59,286 bases of DNA from Clostridia bacterium. GTDB taxonomy: Bacteria > Bacillota > Clostridia > RUG12999. Position numbers and translations under genes: made by a program. This document shows positions 11,519-21,473 of this stretch, piece after piece. The DNA lies in the NCBI GenBank assembly GCA_045644605.1, contig JAZRHB010000068.1, forward strand, positions 1 through 59,286, in the 5' to 3' direction. The first letter of the stretch is position 1. Each line of letters starts with the position of its first letter. The notes under the pieces were generated by a model. It made no database searches. It was not told the DNA's origin and worked only from the letters and a program-made list of their open reading frames with translations.

Positions 11519-14500
11519 CTATATATCCATTGTAATCTGGTCGGTTTCGGGAATTCCGTCAAGGCAGTGCTGTTCTTTTAAAAGCGCAATAACCGTTTTG
11601 GAAACCTTACTTCTTTCGCGCAAATCTTCAATACTGAAAAATTCGCCGTCTTTTCTTGCCTCCGCAACAGATTTTGCCGCATTTACACCAAGTCCCGGAA
11701 GTGCCGAAAGTGGCGGCAGAATGCCTTCTTCCGTAGGTATAAACTTGCTAGCGTGGGACTTATACAAATCAATTTTTGTAAACTTCAGTCCCCTTGCATA
11801 CATTTCGTTACACATTTCAAGAATGGTGATAACGTTCTTTTCTTTTGCTGTCGGATTTTCTAAGTTAGTATATTCGTCAAGATGTTTTATTACATTTTCG
11901 TGTTCGCCCGTCATAATAACGGCATCAAATTCGTCCGCACGCACAGTAAAATATGTTGCATAGAATTCTTTCGGATAATTAACTTTATAATACGCAATTC
12001 TAAATGCCATCATAACATATGCCGTAGCATGAGCTTTCGGGAACATATATTTTATTTTTTTACAGGAATCTATGTACCATTCGGGAACGCCCGAATCACG
12101 CATCAGCGTTTCCTGTTCGGGCGAAAGACCTTTACCTTTACGTACGCTTTCCATTATTTTGAACGAGTCTTTTTTCGGAAGTCCCGCATAGATAAGATAA
12201 ACCATAATATCGTCACGCGTACAGATGGCTTCTTTAAGGGTAACTGTGCCGTTCTGTACAAGTTCCTGCGCATTGTTAAGCCAAACGTCCGTACCGTGCG
12301 AAAGTCCTGAAATTCGCACAAGCTCGGCAAATGTGGTCGGCTGTGTATCAACAAGCATTTTACGTACAAACGACGTACCGAATTCGGGGATTCCGTAACT
12401 TCCGACGCTGCTTCTTATAGCTTCCGCTGTAGTACCGAGCGCCTCGGTTGATGTGAAAATACTCATAGTTTTTGGGTCGCCTATTTTAATATCGGTTGCT
12501 TTTGTATTTGTAAGGTCTTCCAGCATTCTTATTACCGTCGGGTCATCATGCCCGAGAATATCAAGCTTGAGAAGTCGTCCTGATATTGAATGGTAATCGA
12601 AATGCGTTGTGATTATATCACTTTCCGTATCGTCTGCCGGATGCTGTACCGGACAGAACATATGTATATCCTCATCTCTCGGCACAACCATGATACCGCC
12701 TGGATGCTGACCAGTAGTACGTTTAACTCCCGTACACCCTTTTACAAGGCGGTCAATTTCCGCCGCTGACGGCATCATTCCACGCTTGTCAAAATATTTT
12801 TTAACAAATCCGTATGCGGTTTTTTCCGCAACAGTACCTATTGTACCCGCACGGAAGGTATAGCCCTTGCCAAACAGCGTTTCCGTATACTGATGGGCAA
12901 CCGGCTGATAATCACCCGAGAAGTTAAGGTCAATATCAGGTTCCTTGTCGCCATCGAAACCAAGGAATGTTTCAAACGGAATATCGTGTCCGTCTTTATT
13001 ATATAATGCACCGCAAACGGGACAGTTTTTGTCCTCCATATCCACGCCTGCGCCGACAGAACCGTCAGTTATAAACTCACTGTGTTTACAATTCGGACAA
13101 ACATAGTGCGGCTGAAGCGCATTAACTTCCGTAATGCCAAGCAGATACGCAACAAACGACGAACCAACCGAACCACGGGAACCAACAAGGTATCCGTCGG
13201 ATAATGATTTGGAAACAAGTCGTTGCGCAATTATATAAAGCACCGAGAACCCGTGTTTTATGATTGAACCAAGCTCTCTGTCCATACGCGCGCGTACAAT
13301 TTCGGGGATTTCTTCGCCGTATATTTCTTTTGCCCGTCCTTCCGAAATTTCAACAATTTCTTCTTCCGCACCATCCATTTTAGGTGTGTGCGGTTCGTCG
13401 GGAAGAAGCATTATATCGTCTACCATATCGGCAATTTTATTGGTATTTTCAACAACAACCTCGTATGCAAGTTCGTCACCAAGATATTTAAATTCATCAA
13501 GCATTTCTTCGGTTGTACGCAGGTATAGCGGTGCCTGAAAATCGGCATCGGAAAAGTCCATTCCGTCCATAAGAATACGGCGGAACACCTCGTCCTGCGG
13601 GTCAAGAAAATGCACGTCACACGTTGCAACCACAAGCTTGCCGAGCTGTTTACCAAGTGCAATAATCTTTCGGTTTATATCGCAAAGTGCTTTTTCGTTT
13701 GCAACTCTGCCGCTGCGCACAAGAAATTCGTTATTGCCATTCGGCTGAATTTCAAGATAATCATAAAACTCGGCAATTTTTTCAATTTTTTGTTTTTTCT
13801 CGCCGTTTAAAACTGCGCGGAACAGCTCGCCCTGCTCGCAGGCAGAACCGATTATAAGACCTTCTCTGTATCGGTTTATCAGATCCCTTGAAATAACGGG
13901 ATGTTTATGGAAATTCTTAAGATGCGAATCCGTAATAATATGATACAGATTTTCGAGTCCCTGTTTGTTTTTTGCGAGTACGATTATATGATAATCCTTT
14001 TTCTTACCGCCATCCGCCGCAAGGTCGGTGTTTATGCGGTCAAGCGCAGTTACACCTTTTTCGCGGAGCATATTAAAGCATACCTTGAGTATTTCGGCGG
14101 TTGCCTCTGCATCATCTACCGCGCGGTGATGATGCTGTAGCTGAATATCAAGCAGTTTTACCATTGCCGCAAGACCGTGTCTTTTTTTATCGGGGAAAAG
14201 AACTCGGCAAAGGTCAAGCGTATCAAGGTAGCAATAGTTAAATTCCGTTTCAAGACGTTCCGCCTGTGCGCGCATAAACCCAACGTCAAAGTTTGCATTA
14301 TGTGCAACAAGCACGCATCCTTCACAGAATTTTTCAAATTCTTTATACACGGTGTCTATCATCGGTGCATCTTTTACCATTGCATCCGTAATGGATGTAA
14401 GCTCGGTAATGTTATCCGGAATATGCATTCCCGGATTTACAAAGCTTGAATATCTTTCTGTAATGTTTCCGTTTTCAACCTTTACCGCACCAACTTCGAT

Positions 14501-15826
14501 AATGCGGTCATCCACCTGCGAAAACCCGGTGGTTTCAATATCAAACACAACAAACGACGAATCTATTGTATAATCGTCATTTACGTTATAGGCAATACTG
14601 AGGCTGTCGCCCTGAAGGTAGCCTTCAACACCATACAGAATTTTAATGCCTTTTTTGCGTGCCACGTCAAACGCGTCGGGAAATGCCTGCACAACGCCGT
14701 GGTCGGTAACTGCAATGGCTTTATGCCCCCAGCTTGCCGCCCTTGAAATAAGGTCTTTTACTTCCGTAACGCCGTCCATTGCCGACATTTTTGTATGCAT
14801 ATGAAGCTCAACACGCTTTACCCCTGCATTGTCTGTTCGCTCTTCTTTTTCAATCCGGTTAATGTCCTTGCCCATAATGACAAGCTCTTTTTCAAAATCG
14901 TCCATTTCTACTCTGCCGCTTACAATAACTCTTATTCCCTCTTTAAGCTTGCCAAGTATTTTATCGAGTTTTTCCTGTGCCCGTTTTTTCTTATCATCGG
15001 GCGCATCGGATTTTGCCCCTTCAAACATCTTTATTTTAACCGAGCTTGTGTAGTCCGTAATCGCAAAGCTTACAAGCACTTTGCCGCTTTTAAGCTCACG
15101 CGTTTCAACCGACAGAACGTCACCCTTAACAACAATATTGTTAAGGCTTGCCGAAAGTTTTGCAATCGGAAACGGCTCATCATTAATCTTTTTACCGCGG
15201 ATTACGCCCATATATTCCACCGGTTCATCTTCAATAACGCTTTTGATTTCCGGCATTGGAAGCTCCGGCTCTTTCGGTTTTTCTTCTACTATAACGGGGT
15301 CTTTTGAAATTACTTCCTGTTCTTTCTTATGTATAAGCTCGTCTTCACGTTTTGCATCTTCTTTAAACTTAAATGTTACGTTATAGTTTTTGCCTGTTTC
15401 ATCAAGCAATATTCTTTTAAGCTTTGCATCGCATTTAAATTCTTTTATATACTGTCCGTCGCCAAAATAAGTAGTAATTACAATTTCCCCATCCCCGATT
15501 TGCCATTTGGAATCGGTAAGCTCACATCTTGCAATAAACGCACCTTCGCAAATGCGGTTTATAAGATAGCTTTTGTAAATAAGAAGATTTTCCGAATTGA
15601 TAGTCATTCCCGTATAATCGCAGGAAATTTCCGCTTTATAGCCTTTCATCATCTTTTCCGCCGCCACTTTCAAGCTTGCCACCTCTTCGGCAGATAAAAA
15701 TCTATGCGGGCGGATAGCAATTTTAGCGCACTTTTCTTTCTTAAATACGTCTATATTTTTTATTTCAATTTTCTCCGATTCGTTTATAAGAACGTTCGGT
15801 CCGAAAAAATCTTTTACATACGTCAT
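11519..15826 (-). CDS. polC: DNA polymerase III PolC-type alpha subunit
   Basis: 1435 aa. PHP domain (HMHTKMSAMDG), inserted DEDDh exonuclease (FVVFDIETTG...HNANFDVGF...HRAVDDA), and a pol III core. Confidence 0.97.
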   Translation of the reverse strand: MTYVKDFFGPNVLINESEKIEIKNIDVFKKEKCAKIAIRPHRFLSAEEVASLKVAAEKMMKGYKAEISCDYTGMTINSENLLIYKSYLINRICEGAFIARCELTDSKWQIGDGEIVITTYFGDGQYIKEFKCDAKLKRILLDETGKNYNVTFKFKEDAKREDELIHKKEQEVISKDPVIVEEKPKEPELPMPEIKSVIEDEPVEYMGVIRGKKINDEPFPIAKLSASLNNIVVKGDVLSVETRELKSGKVLVSFAITDYTSSVKIKMFEGAKSDAPDDKKKRAQEKLDKILGKLKEGIRVIVSGRVEMDDFEKELVIMGKDINRIEKEERTDNAGVKRVELHMHTKMSAMDGVTEVKDLISRAASWGHKAIAVTDHGVVQAFPDAFDVARKKGIKILYGVEGYLQGDSLSIAYNVNDDYTIDSSFVVFDIETTGFSQVDDRIIEVGAVKVENGNITERYSSFVNPGMHIPDNITELTSITDAMVKDAPMIDTVYKEFEKFCEGCVLVAHNANFDVGFMRAQAERLETEFNYCYLDTLDLCRVLFPDKKRHGLAAMVKLLDIQLQHHHRAVDDAEATAEILKVCFNMLREKGVTALDRINTDLAADGGKKKDYHIIVLAKNKQGLENLYHIITDSHLKNFHKHPVISRDLINRYREGLIIGSACEQGELFRAVLNGEKKQKIEKIAEFYDYLEIQPNGNNEFLVRSGRVANEKALCDINRKIIALGKQLGKLVVATCDVHFLDPQDEVFRRILMDGMDFSDADFQAPLYLRTTEEMLDEFKYLGDELAYEVVVENTNKIADMVDDIMLLPDEPHTPKMDGAEEEIVEISEGRAKEIYGEEIPEIVRARMDRELGSIIKHGFSVLYIIAQRLVSKSLSDGYLVGSRGSVGSSFVAYLLGITEVNALQPHYVCPNCKHSEFITDGSVGAGVDMEDKNCPVCGALYNKDGHDIPFETFLGFDGDKEPDIDLNFSGDYQPVAHQYTETLFGKGYTFRAGTIGTVAEKTAYGFVKKYFDKRGMMPSAAEIDRLVKGCTGVKRTTGQHPGGIMVVPRDEDIHMFCPVQHPADDTESDIITTHFDYHSISGRLLKLDILGHDDPTVIRMLEDLTNTKATDIKIGDPKTMSIFTSTEALGTTAEAIRSSVGSYGIPEFGTSFVRKMLVDTQPTTFAELVRISGLSHGTDVWLNNAQELVQNGTVTLKEAICTRDDIMVYLIYAGLPKKDSFKIMESVRKGKGLSPEQETLMRDSGVPEWYIDSCKKIKYMFPKAHATAYVMMAFRIAYYKVNYPKEFYATYFTVRADEFDAVIMTGEHENVIKHLDEYTNLENPTAKEKNVITILEMCNEMYARGLKFTKIDLYKSHASKFIPTEEGILPPLSALPGLGVNAAKSVAEARKDGEFFSIEDLRERSKVSKTVIALLKEQHCLDGIPETDQITMDI

Positions 15827-16002
15827 TTATATTTCCTCTTTTGCATTTTGCTCTTATTTTATATGATATCACATATATAAAATTTTTTCAATACATCAGG
15901 TAGCATTTTGGAGTATTTTAAAGATATTTTTCAAAAAAGTCGTTTAACTTAAAATTACGCCCGCTTAGGCGCACATTTCCTAAAATAAGCCTTGCAAAAG
16001 GG

Positions 16003-16031
16003 TTGAAATAGGCTCTTTTTCGTGCTATAAT
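16003..16031 (+). promoter_or_regulatory. Putative sigma-A promoter for the ABC exporter pair
   Basis: TTGAAA (16003-16008), 17-nt spacer, TATAAT (16026-16031). Confidence 0.55.
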
Positions 16032-16066
16032 AACCTCGAAAATAGTAATAAGTGAGGGTTAGTGCT

Positions 16067-17815
16067 ATGAAAAAATTCAAATTTTATGCAGAACTCCTTA
16101 AAGGACAGACAACACGTTATCTGGTTGTTGTTTTTCTTGGAATTTTAATTTCACTTATTCCTTTATGTTCCAACTATCTTATCAAATCCATTGTTGACGA
16201 CGTTATTGGTAACGGGCGTTATTCACTTCTTATGCCTATTCTTATTACCTTTATGACGCTTACGGTCATACGTATGCTTGTCTGGTATTACAATCAGTAT
16301 ACTCTTGTTGTAATCGGGCAGGATGTGGGTCTTAAAATGCGTCAGAGATGTTTTAAGAAAATAATGTCGCTTGACTTTTCTTATTTTGACAAACACCGTA
16401 CCGGTGATATTATGACCATCATAACTGCCGATATGGATTTTATCCGTCAGTTTTACGCATTTACAGTTTACACAATTATTGAATATTCCGTAACGTTTTT
16501 AGGTGCGGTTGCTATAATAATGTTTATGGGCGACCTTTATTTCATTGCGCTTGTTGCCATTATTGTACCGCTTGTGGCTATTCTTACATATCGTCTTACA
16601 ACTGAAATGAAACCCTGTTTCCGTCGTATCCGCGAAACAAGGGCGTATCTTAACACCATTGCGCAGGAAAATATAAGTGCCAATAAGGTGGTTAAAACCT
16701 TTCAGCGCGAAGACTATGAATGTACAAAAATGGAAGATGCAAACGAGGAATTTAAAAATCAGCAGCTTCATTCAAACGATATTTCGCGTAAATACACCCC
16801 GTTTCTTACAAATATTTCAAACATCTTTACAATTTATATAATAATTGTCTGCGGACTTTTCGTAATTTACGATAAGATGTCCATGGGACAGCTTGTTATG
16901 ATAAACAGTATGGTATGGATGCTTATAACTCCGCTTTCCCAGGTTGGTTATGTTGCCAACTATTTCACCAACTGTATAGCATCAACCGAAAAAATGCTTA
17001 TCCTTCTTGAAACCGAACCCGATATTACAAACTATTCGCTTGTTACCAAAAACCGCATGGAAGGTAATATTGAGTTCAGGGACGTTTCGTTCGGATATGA
17101 ATCGGAGCATACTATAAAAGATATGAGCTTCAGTATTAATAAGGGTGAGCACGTTGCCTTTATTGGTAAGGCAGGAAGCGGAAAGTCCACTATAATAAAT
17201 CTTATCAGCCGTTTTTATGAGGCGGATGACGGGCTTGTGCTTATCGACAGAATAAACATAAAAAACCTCGACCTTGAGTTTTTACGTCGCAGCATTTCCG
17301 TATCACAACAGGACGTATTTCTGTTTTCGGATACCATCAACAAAAACATTTCTTACGGTAATGTAACTGCAACACAGGAGGAAATTGAGGCGGCGGCAAA
17401 ATCCGCAAAGGCACACGATTTTATTATGGAGCTTCCCGATAAATACGAAACCGTTATCGGAGAGCGTGGTGTGGGGCTTTCGGGCGGTCAGAAACAGCGT
17501 CTTACACTTGCAAGAGCACTTCTTAACAAATCCTCAATTCTTATTCTTGACGATACAACCTCGGCACTTGATGCAAATACCGAAAAATATATTCAGGAAA
17601 GTCTTAAAACAGAGTTTGCCGATAAGACGGTAATTATAATTTCACAACGAATTTCTTCCGTTAAGGATTGCGATAAGATTATTGTTCTTGATGACGGAAA
17701 AATACGCGAGCAGGGCACTCACGATGAGCTTCTTGAAAACCACGATTATTATTACGGAATTTATCAGCACCAGTATGGAAATGACTCCGAAGGTGAGGTG
17801 GATATAAATGGCTAA
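16067..17815 (+). CDS. ABC exporter permease/ATPase half-transporter with a degenerate catalytic site
   Basis: Six-TM domain plus NBD. Walker A GKAGSGKST, signature LSGGQKQR, Walker B ILILDD followed by T (the catalytic Glu is replaced by Asp). ATG 16067 follows GTGAGGG. Confidence 0.9.
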   Translation: MKKFKFYAELLKGQTTRYLVVVFLGILISLIPLCSNYLIKSIVDDVIGNGRYSLLMPILITFMTLTVIRMLVWYYNQYTLVVIGQDVGLKMRQRCFKKIMSLDFSYFDKHRTGDIMTIITADMDFIRQFYAFTVYTIIEYSVTFLGAVAIIMFMGDLYFIALVAIIVPLVAILTYRLTTEMKPCFRRIRETRAYLNTIAQENISANKVVKTFQREDYECTKMEDANEEFKNQQLHSNDISRKYTPFLTNISNIFTIYIIIVCGLFVIYDKMSMGQLVMINSMVWMLITPLSQVGYVANYFTNCIASTEKMLILLETEPDITNYSLVTKNRMEGNIEFRDVSFGYESEHTIKDMSFSINKGEHVAFIGKAGSGKSTIINLISRFYEADDGLVLIDRINIKNLDLEFLRRSISVSQQDVFLFSDTINKNISYGNVTATQEEIEAAAKSAKAHDFIMELPDKYETVIGERGVGLSGGQKQRLTLARALLNKSSILILDDTTSALDANTEKYIQESLKTEFADKTVIIISQRISSVKDCDKIIVLDDGKIREQGTHDELLENHDYYYGIYQHQYGNDSEGEVDING

Positions 17816-19592
17816 AGTAAACACCTATCAGAAAGATGAAGAACTGAAAATAAGATTAGGTAAAAAGGAACTTAAAAAAATAGCACATTATATCAAACCA
17901 TACAAAAAAGAATTTATACTTACGTTTGTAATTCTTGTTATTGCAATGGTGGCGTCAACATCTATGCCGTATCTTATACAAAATGCGCTTGACGTGCAGA
18001 TTCCGAATAAAAACGTTAAAGGTCTTCTTTTAATCGGGTTTGCTTTTATTGTTATAACACTTATTTCCATTCTGGCGGCAAGCCTGCGAATGAAATATAT
18101 GAACTACATCGGTCAGAACATCATTTTCGATATGCGAAAAGATTTGTTCAAAACAATGCAGCACCTTCCGTTTTCGTATTTTGATACACATTCACACGGA
18201 AAAATCCTGGTGCGCGTGGTTAACTACGTTAACACTATTGCCGATATGTTCTCATCGGGGCTTGTAACAGCGGTGCTTGAAATTCTGTCGCTTGGGGTTA
18301 TTGTATATTTTATGTTTTCAATAAGCCCTAAACTGTCACTTGTTGCTCTTGCAGGCGTTCCGTTTGTTATTGCTACAACACTTCTTATCAGAAAACAACA
18401 GCGCCGTGCGTGGCAGGTACACAGCAATAAAAACTCCAACCTGACGGCATATCTTCACGAAAGTATAAACGGAATTAAAATAACGCAGGCGTTCGTACAC
18501 GAAAAGAAAAGCTCACGTATTTTCTCAAGACTTTGTACTGAATCATACCGTTCATTTATTGAAGCGAAAACATATGAGCTTATGAGAATTCCGTCAATTC
18601 AGATTATTTCTGACCTTACCATTTGCATCGTATACTACCTTGGCGTTGCGGCTATTGCAAAAGACCCCGTTTCAATGCAGGTTGGGGTAATTGTGGCAAT
18701 GGTTGCATATATACAGAGGTTCTGGGACCCTATTAAAAACATAATCAACCTTTATAATAATATTATAACTAACATTGCATATCTTGACCGTATTATTGAA
18801 ATGCTTGACGAGCCGCAGGAGCTTTCCGACCCCGAGGGTGCGGTAGCGCTTCCCGAATCAAAAGGCAATATTGTGTTTGACAATGTTACTTTCGGATATG
18901 AAGAAGGAATAAATGTACTTGAAAATGTGTCGTTTGAGGTTGAAAGCGGGCAGAGCGTTGCCCTTATAGGACCTACTGGTGCAGGGAAAACAACTATTGT
19001 AAATCTGCTCGGAAAGTATTATAATTTAAACAGCGGCAGAATTTTAGTTGACGGATATGACATATCAAAGGTAACTCTTACATCTCTTCGTGCGCAGATA
19101 GGATATATGTTCCAGGACAGTTTTCTGTTTTCGGGAACTATTATGGAAAATATCCGCTACGGACGACTTGATGCAACAGATGAAGAAGTTATGGAAGCGG
19201 CAAAAGCCGTTAATGCACACGATTTTATCATGGGGCTTTCAACCGGATATGATACATTTGTAAGTGAACGCGGGTCTTCCCTTTCTGTTGGTCAGCGTCA
19301 GCTTATTTCACTTGCAAGAACAATGCTTCGTAATGCAAACATCCTTATTCTTGACGAAGCCACCTCCAATATTGACAGCGAAACCGAAGCAAAGCTTCTT
19401 CTCGGTATGAACGAGCTTATGAAAGGCAGAACATCTTTCGTTATTGCTCACAGGCTTTCGACAATTAAAAATGCCGATAAAATTATGGTTATTGCAAATA
19501 AGGGCATTGAAGAATCGGGAACTTTTGATGAGCTTATGGAAAAGAAAGGCCGTTTCTACGAGCTTTACACAAAACAACATTCATTAGAATAG
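17808..19592 (+). CDS. ABC exporter permease/ATPase half-transporter with a consensus site
   Basis: Walker A GPTGAGKTT, signature LSVGQRQL, Walker B ILILDEATS. Overlaps its partner gene by 8 nt. Confidence 0.9.
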   Translation: MAKVNTYQKDEELKIRLGKKELKKIAHYIKPYKKEFILTFVILVIAMVASTSMPYLIQNALDVQIPNKNVKGLLLIGFAFIVITLISILAASLRMKYMNYIGQNIIFDMRKDLFKTMQHLPFSYFDTHSHGKILVRVVNYVNTIADMFSSGLVTAVLEILSLGVIVYFMFSISPKLSLVALAGVPFVIATTLLIRKQQRRAWQVHSNKNSNLTAYLHESINGIKITQAFVHEKKSSRIFSRLCTESYRSFIEAKTYELMRIPSIQIISDLTICIVYYLGVAAIAKDPVSMQVGVIVAMVAYIQRFWDPIKNIINLYNNIITNIAYLDRIIEMLDEPQELSDPEGAVALPESKGNIVFDNVTFGYEEGINVLENVSFEVESGQSVALIGPTGAGKTTIVNLLGKYYNLNSGRILVDGYDISKVTLTSLRAQIGYMFQDSFLFSGTIMENIRYGRLDATDEEVMEAAKAVNAHDFIMGLSTGYDTFVSERGSSLSVGQRQLISLARTMLRNANILILDEATSNIDSETEAKLLLGMNELMKGRTSFVIAHRLSTIKNADKIMVIANKGIEESGTFDELMEKKGRFYELYTKQHSLE

Positions 19593-19601
19593 GAGAATCC
19601 T

Positions 19602-20318
19602 ATGCCAAGTATTAAAGAACTTCGCGAAATGCCGATTGAAAATCTGGCATATACAATTAAACAAATGTGCGAGGCGGGCGAAAAAGTGCCGCCGAGTATA
19701 GAAAAAAGACTTTCCGAATATATCCGCGTTTGCGGTATGCAAAGGTTTGACCGTTCGTTTGGCACGCCGCACGTTGCAGGAGTTGACGAAGCGGGGCGCG
19801 GTCCGCTTGCGGGATGTGTATATACCGCCGCAGTTATTCTTCCCGAAGATGCTGTTATTGAAGGGATTAACGATTCCAAAAAGCTCAGCGAAAAGAAACG
19901 CGAAGAGCTGTTTGACGTTATTATTTCTACCGCCGTAGCTTACAGTATAACTCCCGTATCAGCGGAAGAAATTGATAAAATCAACATAAGAAATGCTACA
20001 TATAAAGCAATGAATATGTCGGTAAATTCGCTTTCCATACCTGCAAGGTTTGTGCTTGTAGACGGCGATGCAATTACAGGCATGACCCTACCCCATCAGA
20101 CCGTTATAAAAGGCGATGCGAAAAGTCAGGCAATTTCGGCGGCATCAATTCTTGCAAAGGTGAGCAGGGACAGATATATGCTTGAGCTTGATAAAAAATA
20201 TCCCGAATATGGATTTGCCAAGAACAAAGGCTACGGTACCGCCGCACATATTGAGGCGATTAAAAAATATGGTCCGTGCCCCGAACACAGACGCAGTTTT
20301 ATTAAAAATTTTGTATAA
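19602..20318 (+). CDS. rnhB: Ribonuclease HII
   Basis: VAGVDEAGRGPLAGCV...GINDSKKLSEKKRE...KGDAKSQAISAASILAKV. Confidence 0.92.
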   Translation: MPSIKELREMPIENLAYTIKQMCEAGEKVPPSIEKRLSEYIRVCGMQRFDRSFGTPHVAGVDEAGRGPLAGCVYTAAVILPEDAVIEGINDSKKLSEKKREELFDVIISTAVAYSITPVSAEEIDKINIRNATYKAMNMSVNSLSIPARFVLVDGDAITGMTLPHQTVIKGDAKSQAISAASILAKVSRDRYMLELDKKYPEYGFAKNKGYGTAAHIEAIKKYGPCPEHRRSFIKNFV

Positions 20319-20337
20319 ATCTCCATCCGTATAAAAC

Positions 20338-20363
20338 AAACGGCAGTTTTAAAAACTGCCGTT
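20338..20363. terminator. Bidirectional terminator shared by rnhB and the convergent PPTase-GNAT gene
   Basis: AAACGGCAGTTTT/AAAACTGCCGTTT perfect palindrome. It overlaps the last codons of the minus-strand gene. Confidence 0.7.
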
Positions 20364-21473
20364 TATTTTATATACTTCTTTATATAATGTAGCTTTTATT
20401 TCTTCAAATTCGCATTTTTTCAAAGGCTCGTCCGATGTCATAATCATAAGCGGTACCTCGTTTTTCCCTTTTGAAATGGGCGGCTGAATATACGGATATT
20501 CGTTTAGATAAAAGCCGTTTCGCTTATAAAATTCTATTCTGCCCGAGGCAGTATCCGTTTCGGGAGGCTCTGTTTCAAGACATATTTTTTTGCCATACAT
20601 TCTTTTAAGTTCAGCAATCATCTTACTGCCAAGCCCTTCGTTTCTGTATTCGGGACTTACCGCAAAATGTTCTAAAAATATGAAGCTTTCAAATTCCCAT
20701 ACTGCCATAAAGCCTTTTATATTCCCTGCGCAGTACACCTTATAAAGCGGATTATCAAACAGCATTTTCTGCTCATTTTCAGGACGGCGTTCGTCTTCAG
20801 GAAAGCTTTTTTCCATAATTTCAAACATTTTGTCAAAATCAGCTATATCTATTTTCGTAAGTTCCGCTACCGTTTCGTATCCTTTTGCCGCTGTTTTGCC
20901 GCATACAGAGAGTTTATAGCCATCAACATCAAAAGCTCTTAAATACCATTTTTCGCAGTTATGGATATACTCATTTTTTATTCCGCTTTTATCGGCACAT
21001 TCAATGCTTTTAGGTGGTGTTTTAAACCCTGTTCCTATAGCTTTTGCCACTGCTTCTTTAAGTGTCCAGAGCTTAAAAAACACATCTGTTTTATCTTCCG
21101 CCGAAGACAAAAATTCCATTTCATCCGCAGATAGCGTTCTTGCTATAACCTTATCATTTACGTCTTTTACCTGCTGGATATCAATGCCACCCTCGCCTAC
21201 CATAACAACAACATACTTCCCGCTGTGCGATATGGAAAACGGTGCGCCGCCGGGGATATATGGTTTTCCGTTATCATCATATAAAAACCCGTCATCCGCT
21301 GCCTCGGGATGCACTTTTTTAAGCAAAATTTCCGTATAAAGGCACCTGATTTTATCTTCAGTTTTTAAAAATTTCTCCGCTTTTTTTCGTCTTGTTTCAG
21401 ATACAAGGGGAAGAAGGGTTTTTGCCCCTTCTTCCGAAAAAAATCCGCTTACATCGCTTATATAAATCTTCAT
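20349..21473 (-). CDS. Fusion protein: Sfp-type 4'-phosphopantetheinyl transferase (N-terminal) and GNAT N-acetyltransferase (C-terminal)
   Basis: PPTase motifs FSISHSG, GGIDIQ and WTLKEAVAK. GNAT motifs FLEHFAVSPEYRNEGLGSKM and FYKRNGF. The start overlaps the upstream stop as ATGA (21473-21470). Confidence 0.8.
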   Translation of the reverse strand: MKIYISDVSGFFSEEGAKTLLPLVSETRRKKAEKFLKTEDKIRCLYTEILLKKVHPEAADDGFLYDDNGKPYIPGGAPFSISHSGKYVVVMVGEGGIDIQQVKDVNDKVIARTLSADEMEFLSSAEDKTDVFFKLWTLKEAVAKAIGTGFKTPPKSIECADKSGIKNEYIHNCEKWYLRAFDVDGYKLSVCGKTAAKGYETVAELTKIDIADFDKMFEIMEKSFPEDERRPENEQKMLFDNPLYKVYCAGNIKGFMAVWEFESFIFLEHFAVSPEYRNEGLGSKMIAELKRMYGKKICLETEPPETDTASGRIEFYKRNGFYLNEYPYIQPPISKGKNEVPLMIMTSDEPLKKCEFEEIKATLYKEVYKINGSF

